A stretch of DNA of 64,000 nt from a virus. Below are positions 45,102-55,011 of this stretch, in pieces (positions within the stretch are counted from its first letter, which is position 1; every line of letters starts with the position of its first letter). Below the pieces are notes generated by a model that was not told the origin of the DNA, did not search any database, and saw only the letters and a program-made list of their open reading frames with translations. The translations under genes were made by a program, and so were the position numbers. The DNA is taken from IMG/VR virus record IMGVR_UViG_3300032297_000199, positions 1 through 64,000 of that record. One strand, 5' to 3'.

Positions 45102-48100
45102 TTATAATCCAGCTTTAATATCGCCAGTGTTCTTCAAGCGTAGTGGAATATAAATGAATTCCACTGCCTTGACAGGTTCAACAGCAATGTCTAGCCACAA
45201 CTCAGAGCGATCAACTCTAGTCGGTGTATTGTTGCTTTCGTCACAAACTACTAGGTAGTCGTATAAAGCTCTCTTGCCTACTAATTCTAATAAGAAACTA
45301 TCAGCTGCTGCTTTAATTTCGTTACGAGTAATCTTGTCATTAGGTTCAAATAGGAACGGCTTAACTAGTAAACTCAATTGTCTGCGTAAGTAGCACACTA
45401 AACGAGCAACATTAATACGATCTAATGCACTAGCGTTTCTAGCACGAGTGTACTGACCAAAGTTAACAATGCCTGCACCAGGTAGTGTAGCAATAGGATT
45501 AATCTTAGCAACTGCCATTACATCACGAATACTTTGTGGTAATGCAGCTCGCTTAAACTCACCGTCTTGAATATAACCAACTGCTGTGGCATTATCAACA
45601 CCACCTCGGCGTGTACCAGCTGGTGCAAACCATTCGTAGCTTTGTTGATCACTAATAGCAATTGTTCTTAGCATCATATGGCTAGGAGGAACAACAATAT
45701 AGTTTCCTGTATTGTCATTTGTGTAACCACTAGGGTAGAACATAGCCATATATTCGTCGTAACTTACAGAACCAGTGTCATTGTTATCTAGTGCGCCATT
45801 TGTATTGTCGCCCCACTCTTTCAATGCTGTGCCGGTTGCTGGCAATCTAAACGGAGTGTCGCCAACTACGAACGCAGTTTGACCACGGTCCACATTGAAT
45901 GCAACCATATTTTGAATTGCTTCTGGATAACCAGGTGCTGCAATCAAATTAAAGATAACAGTATCTGTGTCACGAATAGATTGATTTGTATCAATTGTAG
46001 ACTTTAGTCCAGCAACAATAAATCCTCGCTGTGCATGGCGACCAAATGATCCAGAGCCATCAGCAGCATTAGGACTTACACTAATCCAACGATCTGCAAC
46101 ATAGGCAGTTGTATTATTAGAACCATCCATTTGCTCGTCATTATAACGACTGTTTTGACCGTTATTTGCATTAATGTTAATATGATTTTTTACATATTTT
46201 TTAACATTGAATCCAGAACGGCGTAGATTCCATAGCTTCATACCACGAGGATATAATGCTGGATCCGGTGCGTCAGGATCGACATAGTCACTTAACAATA
46301 GATCAGCAATGTCGCTTGCCGCTGTTGTAGTTCCTGCGGTTGCCCAACGAGCATCAGCAAACAACCAACCATTTGGAGTTGTTTGATCAGTAACATCTTG
46401 TACTACCCACTTGCCGCCTGTGCGAACATAAATTACTTGTCCGTATAGTTCAACATCAGCGGTGCTGATCCATAGATCATTATCTACTAAAGGATCGCCT
46501 GTGCTTTGTACTGTAGGTTCTGTTGCAGATACTAGAGGACCTGCTGGATCTGTACTTGGATAAAGTTTTCTATAACCTTTCCATGTAGTTCCATTATGTA
46601 CCATAATATCAATTTCGTCAGCAACTGAATTATACCATAATTGACCGTCTTCTGGATCTGTTGAAGGGCTGTTTGCTTTAGCTTCAAATACTAAAGGTTT
46701 CCAGTTACTAGCAACAAAATCTGCGGCGTCTGTGTCGTATTGACCTTTATCGTATAGGTTTTTAGTACCAGTCTCTGTGCCGTCTTGTGCTCTTTCCCAT
46801 GCATCAAATCCTAGTAAACTTGCTAAAGGAGTAGCAGTACCGTCATTGAAACGAATCTCTCCACCACGAGCGTGGCTGATTGTTAGAGAAGTAGCATTGC
46901 CGTTTGTATCATAAGTAGTTGCCGCGGCAGTTACATAAGTTAAACCAGCATTATTAATCTCTGTAATAATTGTGTCAAGAGTATCAGCGGCTGCTAGACT
47001 AATTGTAGCATAAGAACTATAGTCAGCAATACCGTTAGTACTAGTTTCTAGACCTTCCTTAATTTGGAAAGTTGAAGTTGTAGTAATTGTTGCTGTAGTA
47101 GTAATTGATTTAACTTTAGTTGCACCGGTAGCAGTTCTACGGAATAATTTGAAATTAGCCAATTGCGGACTAGTTTCGTTTTCACCTGTACCGTGATCAT
47201 AATTCTGTTCTACATATACGCTACCAACAGGAATGTCGCCTGTGGCATTAATACTGTTAATAGCAGTTTGATGATCAGCGTAAATTGGAGCTCTTACAGA
47301 ATTCCAAACTTGTGAGCCTGCGCTGTATACTTTAACTGCCCAGTTTGCACCAAAGTTAGGATTTGTTGTTTTAATGTATGCAGATCCTGTAGGAGCATCA
47401 GTGAAATCAGGATACTTAGTGTGTGGTCCTTGAGACAAAGAAACACCAGTATAAGTACCGGCTGTTAAACCAAGTGTAGTTAGCATTCCTGCGCCGCCAG
47501 AGTCAGCAGCAATTTTAATCTTGCCGTCTTTTGTAGTGCTGCCCCCGTTAGATCTAGCAGAAGCATCTGCATAAATTTCTAAGTAGCCGCTTGCGTTAAC
47601 TTTAGCACCGAAACCTTTTGTACGGCCTGCTGTATTAATAGCAGTTGCCATAGCTGTAATACTTGTACCACTAATAGTACATGTTTCGCCGTTAACAGCA
47701 ATAGCTTGACCAGTAGTTAATACTGGGTTAGCTCTTGTAGATGTTACTACAGGGAAACTTGTCTGCCATGAGCTAGACTTAAATGTAGCAGTAGCATTAA
47801 AGTTAGTTTCTGAATTAGATCCTACTTCAACCCAGTTACCATCTTTATTTTTATACCAGACTCCAATCATGTTGTCGCTGGTTGCAAGAACTGCATAAGT
47901 GCCGTTAGCTCCAAAACTGGATCTAGGCAGGCCGCCTGATATTACAACATTTACATTATCGTTATCAATAATTGCCGGAATCTTGTTAGTAAATGCGCCT
48001 GTGGTCTTATTCCACTCAAAAATACCAAATTTAGTATTAGATGTGTCTAACCAATATGTACCGTCAACTGCTTGGCCTTCTGGCTCACTAGCTTGTGGTA

Positions 48101-48458
48101 GTAATGATCCTAGGTCTAAGTCTGCACGAACAATATAGGCCTTACTGCTAACACCTAGTAAGCTGTAAGCTGCTTGTAAACCATATTCATTTAACTCGCC
48201 GCCGTTGACAGGATTGCCACTTGCGTCTGTATAGAATATTGGTGTGCCAAATGTATCGGTAAGATCTCGTTGGCTTGTAATCAGCCATACTTTACCTGCG
48301 TTTGCAGGAGCTGTTCCTGCTGCTGTAGCTGTGCCACTAGCATTTGATTTGTTTGATGCGCTTGCAACAACGATTAACGGTACAGTGGACGGTGCCGCTG
48401 GTAAGTAAAAACTCTCGTCAACTACGGTTACTTGTACGCCTGGTGAATTTAAAGCCAT
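45102..48458 (-). CDS. contractile tail sheath protein (gp18-like; start moved to MALNSPGV)
   Basis: SPGV.V...DES, WFAPAG..RG, INPI, DRINV.RL, FEPND, P.KAVEFI. Confidence 0.93.
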   Translation of the reverse strand: MALNSPGVQVTVVDESFYLPAAPSTVPLIVVASASNKSNASGTATAAGTAPANAGKVWLITSQRDLTDTFGTPIFYTDASGNPVNGGELNEYGLQAAYSLLGVSSKAYIVRADLDLGSLLPQASEPEGQAVDGTYWLDTSNTKFGIFEWNKTTGAFTNKIPAIIDNDNVNVVISGGLPRSSFGANGTYAVLATSDNMIGVWYKNKDGNWVEVGSNSETNFNATATFKSSSWQTSFPVVTSTRANPVLTTGQAIAVNGETCTISGTSITAMATAINTAGRTKGFGAKVNASGYLEIYADASARSNGGSTTKDGKIKIAADSGGAGMLTTLGLTAGTYTGVSLSQGPHTKYPDFTDAPTGSAYIKTTNPNFGANWAVKVYSAGSQVWNSVRAPIYADHQTAINSINATGDIPVGSVYVEQNYDHGTGENETSPQLANFKLFRRTATGATKVKSITTTATITTTSTFQIKEGLETSTNGIADYSSYATISLAAADTLDTIITEINNAGLTYVTAAATTYDTNGNATSLTISHARGGEIRFNDGTATPLASLLGFDAWERAQDGTETGTKNLYDKGQYDTDAADFVASNWKPLVFEAKANSPSTDPEDGQLWYNSVADEIDIMVHNGTTWKGYRKLYPSTDPAGPLVSATEPTVQSTGDPLVDNDLWISTADVELYGQVIYVRTGGKWVVQDVTDQTTPNGWLFADARWATAGTTTAASDIADLLLSDYVDPDAPDPALYPRGMKLWNLRRSGFNVKKYVKNHININANNGQNSRYNDEQMDGSNNTTAYVADRWISVSPNAADGSGSFGRHAQRGFIVAGLKSTIDTNQSIRDTDTVIFNLIAAPGYPEAIQNMVAFNVDRGQTAFVVGDTPFRLPATGTALKEWGDNTNGALDNNDTGSVSYDEYMAMFYPSGYTNDNTGNYIVVPPSHMMLRTIAISDQQSYEWFAPAGTRRGGVDNATAVGYIQDGEFKRAALPQSIRDVMAVAKINPIATLPGAGIVNFGQYTRARNASALDRINVARLVCYLRRQLSLLVKPFLFEPNDKITRNEIKAAADSFLLELVGKRALYDYLVVCDESNNTPTRVDRSELWLDIAVEPVKAVEFIYIPLRLKNTGDIKAGL

Positions 48459-48561
48459 TTTGCAATTCTCCCCATTAAATGGATTATTACAACTATTTAG
48501 TGCCAATGGTAAAAAATAGCGGTGTTAAATACCATTGAAAAGGGCAACAAAAAGGGCGGTT

Positions 48562-48897
48562 ATGAGAGATATTTGTAAAAAATGCAATTCTAAGCCAGTA
48601 GCAATTAATTATCGTAAAGGTGATCGTGTATTTTATAGGTCAATGTGTGATCATTGTGCTAGAGGGTACAAAGAAACAAGGCCTCTATGGGCCTTGTCAG
48701 GGTATAAGAAAAAGACTGAATGTGACAAGTGCGGATTTACAAGCAAATTTCAAGAACAGTTTGATGTCTACTGTGTAGACGGAGATTTAACTAATAATAG
48801 ATATGCTAATCTCAAAACTGTATGTGCTAACTGTCAACGAGTTCTTTATAAAGATAAAGTTAAGTGGAAACAGGGAGGTCTTCGACCAGATTTCTAA
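48562..48897 (+). CDS. zinc-binding HNH-like protein
   Basis: Four CxxC pairs; DGD..NN...NL..VCANC. Confidence 0.7.
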   Translation: MRDICKKCNSKPVAINYRKGDRVFYRSMCDHCARGYKETRPLWALSGYKKKTECDKCGFTSKFQEQFDVYCVDGDLTNNRYANLKTVCANCQRVLYKDKVKWKQGGLRPDF

Positions 48898-49507
48898 TCT
48901 GTGCAAACAGATCATCTATAGTTGTATTATTGTTTACAATGTGATCAATGTCGCCACCTACCCATGCTGTTTCACTAGCGTGAATACCTAACTGCTCTAG
49001 TCGCCTGCGACCGATACTCCATCCAATTGTTTGAGGTCCTGAATTAGCATTTACTGCGTCTTGGTACCATTCAGGATCTTCGCCTCTCTTTACACGAACT
49101 ACAATACCGCCTGCGTTATGAATTGCTTTAATTTCATTAGGAAAACGAACATCGCTAATGACAATATTATCAGCAGTTTTACGCATTTTATTTTCTACTG
49201 AAGCAATCCATATGTCGTCATGAAATCCTTTACGACAGACTTCAGTTCCCCATCGCTGTAAAACCCATCGAGGAGTTAGCTCTGGAATGCCCAATCGTGT
49301 CGCCCACCACTGATCTACTTGTTCTCGCCACTTACGGGCTTCGGCTGTACGACCCTCTAACATGATTCTATCCCAACCGAATACTGCGGCAACAGCATCT
49401 TTAAGGGTATTTGCAAATGAGTCTCGACGGAATTCGTGAAAGTTAACCAAATAATCTGCGGCAGTGTCTTTGCCAGAGCCAATAAAACCAACGAATCCAA
49501 TAATCAT
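48860..49507 (-). CDS. deoxynucleoside monophosphate kinase (T4 gp1-like)
   Basis: GFIGSGKDT, FA..LK, R..LQ..GTE, DVRFPNE, H.SE. Confidence 0.9.
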   Translation of the reverse strand: MIIGFVGFIGSGKDTAADYLVNFHEFRRDSFANTLKDAVAAVFGWDRIMLEGRTAEARKWREQVDQWWATRLGIPELTPRWVLQRWGTEVCRKGFHDDIWIASVENKMRKTADNIVISDVRFPNEIKAIHNAGGIVVRVKRGEDPEWYQDAVNANSGPQTIGWSIGRRRLEQLGIHASETAWVGGDIDHIVNNNTTIDDLFAQIRNLVEDLPVST

Positions 49508-49564
49508 AGCATCTCCTGGGATACTATAATTTACTATAATTCTGTATAATTGTCAATATTTTTA

Positions 49565-50323
49565 TTAGCCAATTACAAAAGTTAGTGGTTGTGCGCCATC
49601 TTTGTAATTGATTAGGTCTTGCTCTAGCATTTCCATTTCGGCTTTGCCTTCTGCTTTTAGAGCAGTACCATTTAAGCTAGTTCCACCTTGTGGACTAGCA
49701 ATAGTATTAAACTTTTCACGAGCTTCACCTAGCATTAGTTTGCTAGTTGCAAGTGCGTAATCTCTAAGCCACTGACCGGCATAGTTGTCTTGAAACAGGA
49801 TATAATCAGGTTTATGATTGTACATCCATAATAGCACATTTTCTTCACCTCTGGGGCGTTGTGTAATTCTTAACTTTTTAGTTGTTGGATTAAAATCAAA
49901 GTTAATAAAAGATCCGAACATTTTACCGACTTCTTTTTGGTAGCTAGCAAACATCATATATGTTGCTAGACCGCCCATGTTTGTAGAACTTAGCAAATAT
50001 GTATTAGAGTATGCCAAGTTGAACGGCTCAAACAGTGTGCCGCCATCGCCGCCGCCAGATCTACTACCAATACTTCGTCTAAAAACTTGTCTAACTTGCA
50101 TAACTTCAGGAGCAAGAGTGTACTCGTTAACATCAGTTTGCAATGTTAAGAAGCCGAAGCTTTCTTCTACACTGTTTTGACTGCGCTGACGATACTTTCG
50201 TAGTGCTCGGTCAATAGCTGTATTATAGTGTGCAGGGTCTAGTTCGACATCGACCATACCATCGCCCAGCATGGTTCTTACATACTCGACTACTTTTTGC
50301 TTTTCGGTTTCAAGTTCGTTCAT
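49565..50323 (-). CDS. neck protein (gp13-like; start moved to MNELE)
   Basis: LG...VDVEL, W..DYA.A..K..LG..R.KF, GG..LNG. Confidence 0.8.
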   Translation of the reverse strand: MNELETEKQKVVEYVRTMLGDGMVDVELDPAHYNTAIDRALRKYRQRSQNSVEESFGFLTLQTDVNEYTLAPEVMQVRQVFRRSIGSRSGGGDGGTLFEPFNLAYSNTYLLSSTNMGGLATYMMFASYQKEVGKMFGSFINFDFNPTTKKLRITQRPRGEENVLLWMYNHKPDYILFQDNYAGQWLRDYALATSKLMLGEAREKFNTIASPQGGTSLNGTALKAEGKAEMEMLEQDLINYKDGAQPLTFVIG

Positions 50324-50328
50324 ACAAT

Positions 50329-50343
50329 TATTTACCATAAATA
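50329..50343. promoter_or_regulatory. divergent late promoters
   Basis: TATTTA-CCA-TAAATA between ATG 50323 (-) and ATG 50351 (+). Confidence 0.75.
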
Positions 50344-50350
50344 TAAGACT

Positions 50351-51553
50351 ATGCCAAGACTCTCTTTATACCGTCCCGAAAAGGGAAACGATTTCCGCTT
50401 CTTAGATCGTTCTATTAACGAGCAATTTCAAGTGGGCGGAACCGACATTTTTGTCCACAAATACCTAGGACCAGTAGATCCTGCAGAAGGAGAAGCTACT
50501 CCCTCAACTCCAATTAATGGATCAGAAGTAGGAGAATTAGGTATTCAAGACATACTGTTTATGGAAAACAGAGACCGTAAGTATGCTCCGGACATATACA
50601 GTGTTAGAGGCATTTATACAATGCAAGACTTAGACTTTAATCTAAGTCAATTTGGATTCTTTTTGGCCAACGATAATGTCATGATCACATTTCATCTAAG
50701 AAATTGCGTTGATACACTGGGCCGCAAGTTAATGGCGGGCGATGTATTAGAGCTTCCTCATTTAAAAGATGAATATGCGCTCGGCGATAGTATGCTGGCT
50801 CTTAAACGATTTTATGTAGTAACTGATGTTGCAAGAGCCGCAACCGGATATAGTCAGACTTGGTATCCGCACTTAATTCGTGCCAAGTGTGAACCACTAA
50901 TTGACAGTCAAGAATTTAAACAGATTCTTGACGGTGATGCAGGTGATGGCGAAAACAGTCTTAGAGATGTGCTGTCAATGTATCAAATGAATTTAAAAAT
51001 TAACGATCAAATCCTTGCTCAGGCAGAAGCTGATGCTCCTACTAGCGGATATGATACTGCTCATTTCTATGTAATGCCGTTAAAAGAAGATGGTACATTA
51101 GACATTCAAGATACTAGTGACGAAACTAGAGATGCTAGCGAAGACGACCATACGGTAGACGCTAGTTCTATCCTTGCTACACCTGATAAAAATGTCTATG
51201 TAGGATACTTAACAGGAGATGCAATACCTCCAAACGGTGCTCCTTACTCAGTTGGCGTAGAATTTCCAGCTCTTCCTACAAAAAATGCATATCATTTAAG
51301 AACAGACTACATGCCTAATAGGTTATTCAAATTTGATGGTAAGCGTTGGGTATTCATTGAAAAGAATATTAAGATGAATATGACTAACTTGCCTACAGAT
51401 GGGGCGCCTGTTCCTAATAGTCAGTCTCAGCAATCATATGTTACTAGCTTTGTTAATAATAGTACCACAGCAACAATTGCTGGCAAGGTCGTTGAAGAAA
51501 GACAGGCATTATCTAAAGTATTAAAGAAGAATAAAATTCAAGCTGATAATTAA
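50351..51553 (+). CDS. head-closure/neck protein (gp14-like; start moved to MPRLS)
   Basis: D.LF.E...R.Y, LSQFG, GD..ELP; lies between gp13- and gp15-like genes. Confidence 0.7.
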   Translation: MPRLSLYRPEKGNDFRFLDRSINEQFQVGGTDIFVHKYLGPVDPAEGEATPSTPINGSEVGELGIQDILFMENRDRKYAPDIYSVRGIYTMQDLDFNLSQFGFFLANDNVMITFHLRNCVDTLGRKLMAGDVLELPHLKDEYALGDSMLALKRFYVVTDVARAATGYSQTWYPHLIRAKCEPLIDSQEFKQILDGDAGDGENSLRDVLSMYQMNLKINDQILAQAEADAPTSGYDTAHFYVMPLKEDGTLDIQDTSDETRDASEDDHTVDASSILATPDKNVYVGYLTGDAIPPNGAPYSVGVEFPALPTKNAYHLRTDYMPNRLFKFDGKRWVFIEKNIKMNMTNLPTDGAPVPNSQSQQSYVTSFVNNSTTATIAGKVVEERQALSKVLKKNKIQADN

Positions 51554-51566
51554 AATGGAGGCTTAT

Positions 51567-51719
51567 ATGGACGATTTTGAAAACTATAAAAGATTCACAT
51601 CTAAATGTAAATGCGGTTGCCCTGCACATTGTGAGCACGGTTGTAACAAATGCGAGTATTGCCCAGACTGCGAATGTTTGGAATGCCAGGAACTAGATAA
51701 AAGCAGAGGCTATAATTAA
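51567..51719 (+). CDS. Cys-rich metallothionein-like micro-protein (50 aa, not in ORF track)
   Basis: GGAGG RBS; MDDFENYKRFTSKCKCGCPAHCEHGCNKCEYCPDCECLECQELDKSRGYN*; TAATG coupling. Confidence 0.7.
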   Translation: MDDFENYKRFTSKCKCGCPAHCEHGCNKCEYCPDCECLECQELDKSRGYN

Positions 51720-53173
51720 TGGAACATTTTTATGATGGGCAGATACGAAGATATCTAAACCAGTTCATGCGACTAATGAGTAACTTTACTGTTAAAGACG
51801 GTAGAGGAAATCTAACAAGAATCCCTGTTAGATACGGAGATATGAATCGACAAGTCGCTAGCGTAATGAAAAAGAACAGTGAAAACATTCTTAACTCTGC
51901 TCCTTTCATTGCTTGTTATATCAAGGGTTTAGATTTAGCCCGTGATAGATTACAAGACCCTAGTTTTGTAAGCAAAATGAACATTAGAGAGCGACAGTGG
52001 GAGTATGTAGATGAGAATCCTGATAGTCCAACCTACGGCGAAACTATTCAAGACTACGGAAATACTCAAGGAGAGAACTATACCGTTGAAAGACTAATGC
52101 CTACTCCGTTTAATTTGCAATTTACAGCAGATATATGGACAACAAACACTGATCAAAAGTTACAAATTTTAGAACAAATTCTAGTGTTGTTTAGACCAGC
52201 ATTGGAAATTCAAACAACTAGCAACTATATTGACTGGACAAGTTTAAGCTATGTAGAGTTAGCCAGCATTAACTGGTCTAGTAGAAACATTCCGCAAGGC
52301 ACAGAAAACGATATTGACATTGCTAACTTATCTTTTACATGTCCTATTTGGATTAGCACTCCTGCTAAAGTTAAAAAGCTAGGAATTATTACTAAAATTA
52401 TTGCCAACATTTTTACAGAACCAGAAGGTACTGTAGGCAACGGTGAGTTAATATTCGGTAATCCTAACAGCCAGGTAATTGTAACACCAGGTAATTTTTC
52501 ATTATTAATAACTGATAACATAGCAAGGCTAGTTAAAAGCACAAATATCATTAAAGGCGATGGTTTCACTGAAGTTATCACCAAGGCAGGTGTTAGAGCA
52601 AGCTGGCAAACTTTGATAGATCTGTATCCTGGACAATTTAGAACAGGATTAAGTTATATTGAAATCACAAAACCCGACGGCGAAGTAGTCATTGGTTATC
52701 TAAATTTAAGTCCCATTGACGAAGATCAAATGGAGTTTATGAATATTTCCTTTGACGGTGAAACATTATTAAACACTGATATTGCAGATTTAGACAACAC
52801 ATACACTAGAGGAACTGTTAATGCAGTAATTGATCCTACTACTTTTAATCCAGGTATTCCGTCAGTGGATACAAGATATTTGATATTAGAGGATATTAAT
52901 ACAGACACTACTATCGACGAAGAAGATATGCCAGTTGCATGGAAAAAGTTTGGAGCAGGTGATGCAACTACTACGCGATTTGTAGCACATACTAACGATA
53001 TCATTCAATGGGATGGGGTGCAGTGGAATGTTATCTTCGATTCTCAGACATCTACAGAAGTCATTTATATAACTAATGCTTATACAGGAACACAATACAA
53101 ATGGGACGGAACAGAATGGTCCAAGAGTGTTGATGGTGAATATACCCCTGGTCAATGGCGTTTAGTTTTATGA
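51719..53173 (+). CDS. tail terminator/sheath stabiliser (gp15-like)
   Basis: FYD.QIRRY, IPV.YG, P.PFNL, QILEQI...F.P. Confidence 0.8.
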   Translation: MEHFYDGQIRRYLNQFMRLMSNFTVKDGRGNLTRIPVRYGDMNRQVASVMKKNSENILNSAPFIACYIKGLDLARDRLQDPSFVSKMNIRERQWEYVDENPDSPTYGETIQDYGNTQGENYTVERLMPTPFNLQFTADIWTTNTDQKLQILEQILVLFRPALEIQTTSNYIDWTSLSYVELASINWSSRNIPQGTENDIDIANLSFTCPIWISTPAKVKKLGIITKIIANIFTEPEGTVGNGELIFGNPNSQVIVTPGNFSLLITDNIARLVKSTNIIKGDGFTEVITKAGVRASWQTLIDLYPGQFRTGLSYIEITKPDGEVVIGYLNLSPIDEDQMEFMNISFDGETLLNTDIADLDNTYTRGTVNAVIDPTTFNPGIPSVDTRYLILEDINTDTTIDEEDMPVAWKKFGAGDATTTRFVAHTNDIIQWDGVQWNVIFDSQTSTEVIYITNAYTGTQYKWDGTEWSKSVDGEYTPGQWRLVL

Positions 53174-53598
53174 CATCAAAAAGAGATATTGTTTGCAGCG
53201 GTGGATTTTTCTTAGCTAAAGATACAAAAAGATTTCTTTTCTTATTAAGGAATCAAGGGAAGACTGCTGGTACTTGGGGATTAGTAGGCGGAAAAGTTGA
53301 GAATAAAGAAACACCTGCAGAAGCTCTTATTCGTGAAATACAGGAAGAAGTTGGCGCTGTTGATTATAAAAAAATAATTCCACTAGAATTATTCACAAGT
53401 GAAGACCAACACTTCTTTTTTAATACCTATGTAATTTTAGTAGAGAATGAATTCATTCCTACGCTAAATGACGAACATGTAGGCTATGCATGGTGCAGTT
53501 ACAATCAATGGCCTAAGCCGCTACACCAAGGCGTGAAAAGAAGTTTGTCAAACAAGACAAACAAAACAAAATTGGAATTGATTTTAGATCTTATCTAA
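53170..53598 (+). CDS. Nudix hydrolase (start moved to MTSKR)
   Basis: Nudix box GGKVENKETPAEALIREIQEEVG. Confidence 0.92.
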   Translation: MTSKRDIVCSGGFFLAKDTKRFLFLLRNQGKTAGTWGLVGGKVENKETPAEALIREIQEEVGAVDYKKIIPLELFTSEDQHFFFNTYVILVENEFIPTLNDEHVGYAWCSYNQWPKPLHQGVKRSLSNKTNKTKLELILDLI

Positions 53599-53928
53599 TT
53601 ACCAAGGGCGTGCTAGTTGCGCCACTGATGGTTCGATCTGTTGAAGGACTTGAGTTTCTAAGTTCTGCTTAAATGTAGAAATAGTCTCTTCGCCTAGAGC
53701 TTGAAATACCATTTGTTCAACAGCCGGTTGTGTTAGTTGATTAAACGGCACAAATGTCAATGGATCTGGCTCACTTAGCCCAACATTTCCAAAATATTGG
53801 GCGCCGTGACCATCTTCATCAGTTGCCGATAATATAAATTCTATATTATAAACAACATTGCTTAACTCATTTAATACAGGATGAGCTAAAAATCTACCAA
53901 ATTCCCAAGTATAGGTTATTACTGGCAT
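53599..53928 (-). CDS. fibre-associated small protein (paralogue family)
   Basis: FVPFNQLT...PW pattern. Confidence 0.75.
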   Translation of the reverse strand: MPVITYTWEFGRFLAHPVLNELSNVVYNIEFILSATDEDGHGAQYFGNVGLSEPDPLTFVPFNQLTQPAVEQMVFQALGEETISTFKQNLETQVLQQIEPSVAQLARPW

Positions 53929-53930
53929 TA

Positions 53931-54308
53931 TTATAATCCTGGATCACCTGCCACAAAATCGCCGGGCATTTCTGGAATCACTGAACTAGAAGTTGTATTA
54001 GTCTGAGGGGTTGCGTCAGGTAAGAAGCTTCGTGTGTAAGTGTTAGGTAAAATGCTTGCTTCAATAGCAGGAACATTTAACCAAACTTTAACCCATTCTA
54101 AAATTTGCTCTTTAGTAACTTCTTCGTACGGAACAAAATCTGGTCCTATATTACTAACTGGAAGTTCTTGAACGCCGATCATATCTTTGGTTCTTGCACC
54201 ATCTGTTGCTGTACATTTCCAGACAACACGATATACAACATGTTCTTGATCTCCATGTTCTGCAATAACATCGATGCTTTGCACATCCCATTCATAAGTA
54301 ACGGCCAT
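53931..54308 (-). CDS. fibre-associated small protein (paralogue family)
   Basis: VVYRVVW...FVPYEEVTKEQILEW; GGAG RBS. Confidence 0.75.
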   Translation of the reverse strand: MAVTYEWDVQSIDVIAEHGDQEHVVYRVVWKCTATDGARTKDMIGVQELPVSNIGPDFVPYEEVTKEQILEWVKVWLNVPAIEASILPNTYTRSFLPDATPQTNTTSSSVIPEMPGDFVAGDPGL

Positions 54309-54331
54309 AAACTAATCTCCTAATGTACTAT

Positions 54332-54550
54332 TTATTGTACAGAGTTAACATTTACACCGTCTAAATTACCATTTGGCGGTGTAGATTTTTGCATTTCTTG
54401 AATTTGTGCAGATGCTTGGATTCTAACTGTATCAACTAATTGAGCTGATGTTTCGTATGGTAACTTTACCAAACCCATCATAATTACATTGATTTCGTCA
54501 ATGGTAAATTCAAGATTAATTTTTTGTTGTTGTGGTTGCTGATTTTGCAT
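54332..54550 (-). CDS. small helical protein
   Basis: GGAG RBS; EIN.I..GL.KLPYE pattern; lies after the fibre genes. Confidence 0.75.
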   Translation of the reverse strand: MQNQQPQQQKINLEFTIDEINVIMMGLVKLPYETSAQLVDTVRIQASAQIQEMQKSTPPNGNLDGVNVNSVQ

Positions 54551-54585
54551 AATAAATCTCCTATGATATTATTTATATAGGTATA

Positions 54586-55011
54586 TTATAGGGAAGGTCC
54601 TGGATTGGAATTAGTTGCCCACGGAACTTCAGTTGTTGGTGCCACATGAATTTTAGCCAGTCTTTCGGCTAACGCTTGCATGGCCTGCGGAATAAGCAAG
54701 TCATCATCGATCCATTCTAATACCATTTCTTCAGTTAGTTCCTCGTAAGGAGTATAATTATTTGGATCAAAGTCGGCGGGTGCCGCTAGTACAGTAGCTC
54801 TGAGTGCTTTATCGTAATAATGAATATCTTTAGGTGTATAGGGTTTAGTACCATTTGTATTAACACTATGGCCGTCGGCATCAACTGCTTGTAATTTCCA
54901 GTGTACATGCGTTACTACATTTTCAATTTGATCAACTAAGGTTGTATTCAATTGGCTAATTGATAGCGTGTAAGTTATATTTGTTGAAGTATCAACAATA
55001 ATTTTTGGCAT
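54586..55011 (-). CDS. fibre-associated small protein (paralogue family)
   Basis: VVTHVHW...YTPYEELTEEMVLEW...VPW. Confidence 0.75.
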   Translation of the reverse strand: MPKIIVDTSTNITYTLSISQLNTTLVDQIENVVTHVHWKLQAVDADGHSVNTNGTKPYTPKDIHYYDKALRATVLAAPADFDPNNYTPYEELTEEMVLEWIDDDLLIPQAMQALAERLAKIHVAPTTEVPWATNSNPGPSL

